Shown here: in pieces, positions 9,005 to 16,454 of the stretch
Position numbering within the stretch: position 1 is the stretch's first letter
Layout of the letters: the number at the start of each line of letters is the position of its first letter
Assembly (NCBI GenBank): GCA_044225365.1
Contig: JBGAIQ010000016.1
Span: forward strand, 1 to 64,000
Direction: 5' to 3'
Source of the DNA: Planctomycetota bacterium
GTDB taxonomy: Bacteria > Planctomycetota > B15-G4 > JADJEK01
DNA: 64,000 nt
Made by a program: the position numbers and the translations under genes
Notes under the pieces: model-generated
What the model saw: only the letters and a program-made list of their open reading frames with translations
The model's database searches: none
Told to the model about the DNA's origin: nothing

Positions 9005-9442
9005 TCAAATTCGGAGGGGCGTGAATCGTGGGAGCGGGGAGGCGCGTTGGCCTCGAATGGCGCGGGGGAGTTCGCCGCGAACGAGCGGCGGGACGATGCA
9101 TCGTGCGGGTTCGACCCAGGCGAAGACGACCCACGGGGCGGTCTCCGCACGATGCTCGAGCCGCCCGTCGACGGGGGCGGTCGGAATATCGAGGCAGCAG
9201 TCGCACGCCGCACGATCCGCGTGGATACCGGCGAGACCATCGCGAAGATCGTCCTGCTTCGAATCCGCACAGCACTCGTCGCGACGAACGACCTGGCTGA
9301 CCAGATCTCGAGCGGGGACCGAGGCGCACTCGGAAGCAGCCGCGGCGTCGAGGAGTCCGCGGATGCAGATACGGAATCGTGCGCTCCCAGGACTGAGGAG
9401 CAACGGGAGCAGGAGAAGCACGAGGATGCGACGGGGCGTCAT
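9005..9442 (-). CDS. Small Cys-rich exported ORF heading the exporter operon (CzcI/DUF2946-like architecture)
   Basis: Signal-like N-terminus, CC and CDCC clusters, Pro-rich C-terminus ending RASPLPRFTPLRI. Confidence 0.55.
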   Translation of the reverse strand: MTPRRILVLLLLPLLLSPGSARFRICIRGLLDAAAASECASVPARDLVSQVVRRDECCADSKQDDLRDGLAGIHADRAACDCCLDIPTAPVDGRLEHRAETAPWVVFAWVEPARCIVPPLVRGELPRAIRGQRASPLPRFTPLRI

Positions 9443-9671
9443 CGCGCATCATCCTATTCCAACTCGAATCGCTTGCAGTCTTGCTCTACGCGAATTCCGG
9501 TACGGCGGCGGCGAGGCGATCATTCACGAGGTGGCCTGCGCCAAGCTTCCATGTTTGCGATGCCTGGGAGTTCTGGTCGCCGCAGGGCCACGTTACGATG
9601 GTGCGAGAGTTGCATGAGTTCGGGCCATTGCCGACGAACCATGTCTTTCGTGCGCACCTCAGCGAGAGCCC

Positions 9672-10718
9672 ATGAAGTTCCAGGACTACTATCAGATTCT
9701 CGGCGTGAAGCGCGACGCGAGCGCCGACGAGATCAAGAAGGCCTATCGCAAACTCGCGCTCGAATGGCACCCCGACCGCCACAAGGGCGCCACGAAGGAG
9801 CAAGCCGAGTCGAAGTTCAAGGGGATCAGCGAAGCGTACGCGGTGCTGTCGGATCCCGAGAAGCGCAAGAAGTACGACACGTTCGGAGAGAATTGGGAGC
9901 ATGGCCAGGACTTTCGTCCGCCGCCGGGCCAAGGCGGCGCGCAACGCGTCTCGCCCGAGGATCTCGCGAAGATGTTCGGGGGCGGGTTCGGCTTCTCCGA
10001 CTTCTTCGCCTCGTTGTTCGGCGATGAGACCGCGCGCTCGTTCAACGGTTCGAGTCGCGGTTCGCGGCGGGGTCGGCCGACGCCGCGCTCGGGTAAGGAC
10101 GCGCACGCGGAACTCGAGCTTACGATCGGTCAAGTGATCCAGGGCGGCCGGCAGACGATCGAACTCCCGATCATGGTCGAGTGCGATACGTGCGGCGGCG
10201 ATGGCGATGCCGATGGCATGCCGTGCCCGAGTTGCGGCGGAGTCGGATCGCGGCGCACCGTTCGACGCGTCGAGATCGCGATTCCGCAGCCGGTGCGCGA
10301 TGGGATGCAGATCCGCCTCAAGGGTCTCGGCGAACCGTCTCCGACCGGTGGCCCTGCGGGCGATCTCTACCTCCGGCTCAGCGTCGAATCCGACGCGACC
10401 TATCGGCGGAGCGGGAACGACGTCTATGCCGACGTGCCGATCGCACCATGGGAGGCTCTCGCGGGCGCCAAGATCGACGTCCGCACGCTCGACGGAGTGG
10501 TGACCGTCCGCGTGCCGCCGGAGACGCGCGCCAACGCGAAACTGCGGCTCCCGAAGCGTGGGCTCATGGGCGATAGGGGTGGAGAGCAGGGCGAGCGGGG
10601 CGACTTCTACGTGGTCGTGCGCTACCAACTCCCCGACGGACTCACGCCGGAACAGAAGAAAGCGATCCTCGATCTCGGCTCACACGCGGGCGCGGTCCGT
10701 GGTGGAGCCCGAGAGTGA
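9672..10718 (+). CDS. DnaJ-class chaperone (CbpA-like) with a shortened zinc finger
   Basis: J domain with HPD, G/F region, only two CxxCxGxG repeats, DnaJ C-terminal domain (GDLYL, PWEALAG). Confidence 0.92.
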   Translation: MKFQDYYQILGVKRDASADEIKKAYRKLALEWHPDRHKGATKEQAESKFKGISEAYAVLSDPEKRKKYDTFGENWEHGQDFRPPPGQGGAQRVSPEDLAKMFGGGFGFSDFFASLFGDETARSFNGSSRGSRRGRPTPRSGKDAHAELELTIGQVIQGGRQTIELPIMVECDTCGGDGDADGMPCPSCGGVGSRRTVRRVEIAIPQPVRDGMQIRLKGLGEPSPTGGPAGDLYLRLSVESDATYRRSGNDVYADVPIAPWEALAGAKIDVRTLDGVVTVRVPPETRANAKLRLPKRGLMGDRGGEQGERGDFYVVVRYQLPDGLTPEQKKAILDLGSHAGAVRGGARE

Positions 10719-10747
10719 TTCGACACGACGCGCTTTGAGGGGACCGC

Positions 10748-11302
10748 TTGCCGTTCACTCCGTTCCACATGGGCCCCGGCCTGTTGGTGAAAGGGGTCGC
10801 CGACCGGCATTTCAGCGTCATGGTCTTCGGCTTCTCTCAAGTGGCGATCGATCTCGAGCCGCTCGTCCATATCGTTCGCAGGGACTCCTACCATCACGGC
10901 CATCTCCACACCTGGCTCGGCGCTGCGGTGGTCGCGGGCCTCTCCTACGCGGTAGGTCGCCCAGCATGCGCGCGGGTGCTCCGAGTGATCGCGCGCAACT
11001 GCGAGAAGCGAGACTGGGCTTTCGGAAAACCGTGGATCGGCGAAGCATCGATCTCGCGCTTCGCCGCGCTGAGCGCCGCGATCGTCGGTGCTTATAGTCA
11101 CGTGGTGCTGGACGCGATCCAGCACTGGGACGTCGAACCGATGTTGCCGATCGCCGAAGGAAACCCCTACTACCACGCTTTGTCGACCGCAGCGCTGCAC
11201 GTTGGGTGCGTAACGACAGGGGTCATCGGCGTGATCGCATGCATCCTTCGAGTCCGCTCACGATCGGGCGCGGAGCGCCGAGACCGTTCCAGCATCGTCT
11301 GA
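10748..11302 (+). CDS. Membrane metal-dependent hydrolase-like protein (DUF4184/YdjM-like)
   Basis: TTG start after GAGGGG; MPFTPFH.GP, IDLEP, HGHLHT, SHVVLDAIQH. Confidence 0.75.
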   Translation: MPFTPFHMGPGLLVKGVADRHFSVMVFGFSQVAIDLEPLVHIVRRDSYHHGHLHTWLGAAVVAGLSYAVGRPACARVLRVIARNCEKRDWAFGKPWIGEASISRFAALSAAIVGAYSHVVLDAIQHWDVEPMLPIAEGNPYYHALSTAALHVGCVTTGVIGVIACILRVRSRSGAERRDRSSIV

Positions 11303-11340
11303 TGGCCGCCCGGCCCGGTCGTACAGTCTCGGACCTTCGA

Positions 11341-12480
11341 CTTCGGAAGCGTGCCACCGTGGGTAGGACCGCACCGTGGGACCGCCGGGCTCTACCCGGC
11401 ATCTTCGATCTTCGGGAACGAGAAGTGAGAAGGACAGCACGTCGGGCGAGCCCAGAGGCTCCTGCGCTCGCTCACGCATGAGCGTTCGTCTCCTCCGCGC
11501 GCTACCATCCCGTGGAGGGGATTGTTCGTAGGGGACAACTTCGAATTGGATCGAGGCGCATGGCCAGGGGCGCCGCGGATGGCACACCCGCCATTGCATT
11601 CCCAAGTGTCTTCGCGACGAACCCCCACGAACTCGGAGGGCAGTTACGAACGCGGTCCCTGTGCGCGCCGGTAGCAGGGGCATCTTCGAATTCGGCTCGG
11701 TTGGCGGGGTCTACCCTCGCGTCGGCGTGCTTGCGGTGGCTTGATATGGATCGAACCGCCGCGCTGTGCCTCGCAATCCCCTGTGTCGGGCTGTCCCTTT
11801 CGCGGCGAACACTCTTGAGCTCGAGCATCCTCTCGTCGACGTGCCCGCGATGATGTCGTGCTGGAACGAACTACCGGGCTCTGCTCGGCAGTTCGGTTGC
11901 AGAAGGGGCTCGTCGTGATTCGTCGCGGAGTCACTCGGCAGTGCGCTGCCATCGGTCTCGGAGTCTTGGCCCTCGCGATCGATCCGCTCGAGCGTGCAAT
12001 AGCTGCGATACCGTCGGGCTCGGCCGGGCGGCCCAAGAAGATGCCGGGCAGAGCCCGGCGGCCCGATCCGACGCAAGGGTAGACCCCGCTAACTGGGCCG
12101 CCTTCAAAGATGACCGTGCTACGGGCGCGCAAGGTGACCCTATTCCTACCTACCCTTCAGTTCTTGGGGGGGTCGTCGCGAAGACACGTGGGGAAAGCCT
12201 TGGCTGGGGTGCCGTCCACGGCACTCCAGGCACGGCGCCTCGATCCATTTCAAAGTGGGCCCGATGAACCTTCCCCTCGAAGGGACAGAAGCGCATCGGG
12301 GAGTCCGTTCGCGCAGCATGCGCGGTACTCCGCGCGCGGAGTCGAACGGAGCTCCCCGGGCGCGCGCGACGTGCTGTCCTATCCGCGGTGGTACGTTCCC
12401 GAAGATGCCGGGCAGAGCCCGGCGGTCCGGTGCTCGCGGTGGTACGTTCCCGAAGATGCCGGGCAGAGCCCGGCGGTCCC
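11341..12480. repeat. ~1.1 kb foldback element: degenerate inverted arms (~11341-11725 and ~12068-12480) capped by REP-like palindromes
   Basis: Colinear inverted matches: 11701-11725/12068-12092 (23/25), 11606-11620/12173-12187 (15/15), 11547-11559/12235-12247 (13/13), 11431-11444/12367-12380 (14/14), 11378-11407/12451-12480 (29/30). Confidence 0.9.
12384..12479. repeat. 45-bp exact direct repeat (period 51) containing the REP palindrome
   Basis: CGCGGTGGTACGTTCCCGAAGATGCCGGGCAGAGCCCGGCGGTCC at 12384-12428 and 12435-12479. Confidence 0.92.
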
Positions 12481-12493
12481 GCGTGCGATGGAC

Positions 12494-13765
12494 TCAGGAA
12501 TCCTCGAGACGAAACTGCTTCTCCCATTTCGCCACGACGACCGTGGCGAGGCAGTTGCCGAGCACGTTCGTCGCGGTGCGAGCCATGTCCATGAAGGCGT
12601 CGACGCCGAGGATCAGTGCGACGCCCTCGAGCGGAAGGCCGAAGGTGACGAGGGTGCCCGAGAGCACGACGAGCGAGGCCCGAGGGACCGCGGCGACGCC
12701 TTTCGACGTCAGGAGCAGAGTGAGGAGGATCAGGAGCTGATTCCCCAAGGTGAGGTCCTTGTTCGCTGCCTGCGCGACGAAGACCGTGGCGAGTGACAGG
12801 TACAGCGTCGTGCCGTCGAGGTTGAAGCTGTAGCCGAGAGGCAGCACGAGGCCGACGATCTTCTTCGGTACGCCGAAGGCCTGCATGTTCTCGAGCGCCA
12901 TCGGGAGGGCCGATTCGCTCGAGGTCGTCGTGAAGGCGAGCAGGAACGGGTCCTTCACCTTCTGGTAGAACTCCCGGATCGGCAAGCGGATGACGAAGGC
13001 CACTGCGCCGAGGACGAAGACGATGAAGACGACGAGCGACCCGTAGAGCGTGAGGACGAGCAGTCCGAGGTTCTTCAGCACCTCGACGCCCTTGCCGCCC
13101 ACGGTCACCGCGATCGCGGCGCCCACGCCATACGGCGCGAACTTCATCACGATGTTCGTGAACTTGAACATCGCCTCGGAGAGCGTCTCGCACCACACGA
13201 CGAGCGGCTTTCCCTTCTCGCCGAGCGCCATCAATGCGGCCGCGAAGATCAGGCTGAAGACGACGATCTGCAACACGTTGTTCTCGGCCATCGCCTTCAC
13301 GATGCTCGTCGGCAGGATCTCGACGATGTGGTCTTGCGCCGTCATCTTTCCGGCGTTGGCCGCGATCTCCTTCGCGTCGTTCGAGACGTCGTGGGGCAGG
13401 TTGACGCCGGCACCGGGCTTCGTCAGGTTCACGGCGAAGAGGCCGACGAACAGAGCGATGGTCGTCACGATCTCGAAGTAGACGATCGCCTTCACGCTGA
13501 TGCGGCCGACCTCCTTCATGTGACCCGCGCCGGCAACGCCGATGACGAGAGTCGCGAAGATGAGGGGCGCGACGATGATCTTGATGAGCTTGAGGAAGAC
13601 GCGCGAGGGTACGGCGATCCACGAGAGCACGTTGGCGTTCGCGTCGAGGCCGTAATGGACCCACGCGCCGAGGAGAAGGCCGACCGCAAGACCGATGAAG
13701 ATCTGAGTCGTTAGGGAAAGGCCTGTTCGTGCGGTTGGAGCGGTGGCTTCGAGCGGTGGCGTCAT
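12494..13765 (-). CDS. Dicarboxylate/amino acid:cation symporter (DAACS; GltP/DctA-like)
   Basis: FLKLIK.IVAPLIF, FTTTSSESALP, PLGYSFNLDGT, TSKGVAAVPRAS, DMARTATNVLGN. Confidence 0.95.
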   Translation of the reverse strand: MTPPLEATAPTARTGLSLTTQIFIGLAVGLLLGAWVHYGLDANANVLSWIAVPSRVFLKLIKIIVAPLIFATLVIGVAGAGHMKEVGRISVKAIVYFEIVTTIALFVGLFAVNLTKPGAGVNLPHDVSNDAKEIAANAGKMTAQDHIVEILPTSIVKAMAENNVLQIVVFSLIFAAALMALGEKGKPLVVWCETLSEAMFKFTNIVMKFAPYGVGAAIAVTVGGKGVEVLKNLGLLVLTLYGSLVVFIVFVLGAVAFVIRLPIREFYQKVKDPFLLAFTTTSSESALPMALENMQAFGVPKKIVGLVLPLGYSFNLDGTTLYLSLATVFVAQAANKDLTLGNQLLILLTLLLTSKGVAAVPRASLVVLSGTLVTFGLPLEGVALILGVDAFMDMARTATNVLGNCLATVVVAKWEKQFRLEDS

Positions 13766-13960
13766 AGCGCGGCAGGATACCAACGTACGCCGGGGGTCGA
13801 TCGCGACTTGCGACCCGACGATCGGCAAGTCGTCCTAGTCCTTGAATCCGGGACGCAGCGCCGAAGGCCCGTGGATTTCGAAGGATTCACCTTCGTCGAC
13901 GTGGACGACGAATACGCTGCAGGTCACGAATCCGTCCTCCACCAAGAGCAGGTTCGACCC

Positions 13961-14800
13961 ATGAAGCGATCGGTCTCGACCATCCTCGTGACAATCCTTG
14001 CCGGCGTCGCACTCGCGGCGGGACCGACGACGCCCGGTCCGGGCGACGTCCTCGCGCAATTCGAACTCGTCGGCGTCACGACTCCGATCGGTGCGCTCAC
14101 GGGTTACTTCGTCTACGACTTCACGAAGCATGGCTGGGTGACGGTCGAGATCCACTACCCGAACAGCGTCGCGGCGAGTTACGGGAATCCGTCGTCGGAT
14201 CCGTTCTCGGCTTCACCGACCGGGATCTCGGGTGGGCACAATTCGGATACGACGTCCTACGACTTCGCGCTGCCCTTCACGAGCGCGCTCACGCCGACGA
14301 CGGGATCCACGATCGCGGTCGATCCTCCGGGGACCGCGCCGCCGAACCTCCAGGCCTTCTTGCAGGTCGACAATGGGCAGACCGCTCCCATCCTCCCGGT
14401 CACGGGAGGCGCGGTCGCGCTCGTACCTTTGACTTGGACCAACCTCGGTTCCGGCCTTGCGGGAAGCGGGGGAGTCCCCGCTCTCGCAGGGGTCGGATCG
14501 TTGAATCCGGGTACATTCGGCAACCTCACCCTCGGCGGCGGCAAACCCTCGTCGCCGGCGATCCTCCTCATCTCGTTCACGAGCGTACCCACGCCCTTCC
14601 TCGGTGGCACGCTGCTCGCCCTTCCCGCGACCACGATGGTGACGATGAACACGGGCGCCGGTTCGCTCTCGCTTCCATGGTCCGCGTGGCCGTCGGGATT
14701 CGCCGCGAACACCGCGATCTACTTCCAGTTCGTGATCCAGGATCCCTTTGCGATCCACGGCGTCTCGATCAGCAATGCGCTCCTCGCGACGACTCCGTGA
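13961..14800 (+). CDS. Secreted protein with ~120-aa C-terminal beta-rich domain
   Basis: Signal peptide MKRSVSTILVTILAGVALA; C-terminus WTNLGSGLAG...YFQFVIQDP...SNALLATTP. Confidence 0.75.
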   Translation: MKRSVSTILVTILAGVALAAGPTTPGPGDVLAQFELVGVTTPIGALTGYFVYDFTKHGWVTVEIHYPNSVAASYGNPSSDPFSASPTGISGGHNSDTTSYDFALPFTSALTPTTGSTIAVDPPGTAPPNLQAFLQVDNGQTAPILPVTGGAVALVPLTWTNLGSGLAGSGGVPALAGVGSLNPGTFGNLTLGGGKPSSPAILLISFTSVPTPFLGGTLLALPATTMVTMNTGAGSLSLPWSAWPSGFAANTAIYFQFVIQDPFAIHGVSISNALLATTP

Positions 14801-14806
14801 GCAGGG

Positions 14807-16432
14807 TCACGATTCGATCGCGATCTCCTTGATCGTCGTCTCCAGCAGCGGGACGAATCGATCGCCGTCGTAGAACTCTTCCTTGTAGCGGACGACGAGA
14901 GTCGTCACTTTCTCCTGACCCCGGAACCTGGGGTGATCGCCCCAGTAGTAGAACTGGCCACCCGGAGCCTTCAACCAGGCAAGCGGGCGTGGCATCACGA
15001 ACTTGCGAGTCCCTCGGTTCCATGCGCGCAGGAATCGCGTCATGTAGTCGAGGTGTTCCGCTTCGAGCTTTGCGTTCTTGAGGCGCGCGCCGCTCGTCTC
15101 CTTGATGAGCGCGATCGCCGCGGCATCGCCGCGCGACGCGACGATGCGATCGCGCAGTTCATGATCGATGTAGGGAGCCACCGGCGGCTGCGAGGCGCGA
15201 TGGTGGGGCGAGAGGTGAACGGCGTAGACCTCGCCCAGGTGATACGTGACGACGGGCTCGTCGACCATGAAGTAGCCGTGCACGCGGCCGAAGAGCCGCT
15301 CGTGCGGACACAGGAAATCGTTGTAGAGACCATATCGCTTGCCGCTTTCGCCGATGACGTCCCAATGCACGCGTGCCGTGTAGGGTGTGTCCCACCACGC
15401 AAGACGCACCGGCTTCCACAGTCGGCCGCGATTGGGAAACACGAGGACGACGAGAACGCACGCGAGACCGGTGTATGGCGAGAACAGGAGCGCGAGGGAC
15501 TCGTCGGAAAGCCCGTGAACGGCGTGACAGAACACTGCGTTGACGAGGATCCACTCCCAGAAGAGGATGCCCGTCGAGACGAAGATCGCGACGTGCATGA
15601 GACACAGCCCAACGAACGCGACGTAGAGCACCAAGGGATGGAAGAGGACGAGGATCGCGCCGAGTTCGAATGCGAGCGTCGCGAACTGCAGCGGACGATC
15701 GAGTGGCTTCATCACGGCCAGGATGCGCAGCATCGTCGTCGGACGGAGGAAGCGGAGCCAGCCCCAGCTGTAGGCGCTCGCAGCCACCCAGTGCAGTCGG
15801 TTCTCACTCGCCCACGACAGCCCGTTGCGACCGAGCTCCATCTTGGCGATCGCAGGGACCACGTAGTGGCTGACGTGGCAGGTGATCGCGAGCGCGAGGA
15901 AGACCTCGTCGAAACCCGACGCTCGGACGTTCGTCCCCGGCAGGAAGCGCGCGGGCAGGACGACGAACAGGGCGTAGGCGACGAACATCATCAGGATCCG
16001 CAATGGAACCGTGCCGTGATGCGTCCAGCCCTTGAAGGAATGCAGGATCAAGTAGAGCCACGGTAGGAGCAGCATCGGCGCGAACGCGATCCCGATCGCG
16101 AGGGCGACGATGGCGAATCGCTCGAGGGCGAGCGGCTCGTCGATCGCGATGTCGATGTCCTGCGTCGCATGCTTCCACGTCATCAGCAACGTCAGCGCGA
16201 CGACGACGAAACGGATCGTGGACGACTGTGCGAACGAATCGAAGTCGACGGAACACGCCGCGGCCGCGCCGACGACGAAGAGGACGAAGCAGCGCTCCCA
16301 GGAGGTCTTTCGTTTCTTGCCGCGCCGGCGGGCGATGCGTCGCAGACCCTTCTGTTGCCGGACGACGAGATTGACGAGAACGAACCCGAGGAGGGTGATC
16401 GTCGCGGTCAAGAGTTGGGACGCATGGAACAA
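14807..16432 (-). CDS. Polytopic membrane protein, HTTM-like
   Basis: TTG start after GAGGAG; many TM helices; HYVVPAIAK, TLAFELG, MHVAIFVSTGILFWEW resemble the HTTM core; soluble C-terminal domain. Confidence 0.65.
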   Translation of the reverse strand: MFHASQLLTATITLLGFVLVNLVVRQQKGLRRIARRRGKKRKTSWERCFVLFVVGAAAACSVDFDSFAQSSTIRFVVVALTLLMTWKHATQDIDIAIDEPLALERFAIVALAIGIAFAPMLLLPWLYLILHSFKGWTHHGTVPLRILMMFVAYALFVVLPARFLPGTNVRASGFDEVFLALAITCHVSHYVVPAIAKMELGRNGLSWASENRLHWVAASAYSWGWLRFLRPTTMLRILAVMKPLDRPLQFATLAFELGAILVLFHPLVLYVAFVGLCLMHVAIFVSTGILFWEWILVNAVFCHAVHGLSDESLALLFSPYTGLACVLVVLVFPNRGRLWKPVRLAWWDTPYTARVHWDVIGESGKRYGLYNDFLCPHERLFGRVHGYFMVDEPVVTYHLGEVYAVHLSPHHRASQPPVAPYIDHELRDRIVASRGDAAAIALIKETSGARLKNAKLEAEHLDYMTRFLRAWNRGTRKFVMPRPLAWLKAPGGQFYYWGDHPRFRGQEKVTTLVVRYKEEFYDGDRFVPLLETTIKEIAIES

Positions 16433-16454
16433 CGCGGCTCTCCTCGAACTCCCG

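Noticed and set aside
9443-9671. CIRCE or other heat-shock operator upstream of the DnaJ-like gene
   Set aside because: No TTAGCACTC-N9-GAGTGCTAA or comparable inverted repeat was found.
12384-12479. CRISPR array (also considered for 41849-41954)
   Set aside because: Only two copies each. The spacer is 6 nt here, and at 41.9 kb the intervening sequence contains an inverted copy of the repeat. No cas genes are present, and REP-type palindromes explain both.
11206-12796. Short ORFs across the foldback region as real genes or a RAYT remnant
   Set aside because: No HUH/Tyr motifs or recognisable domains, and the frames are not conserved between arms. A decayed gene cannot be fully excluded.
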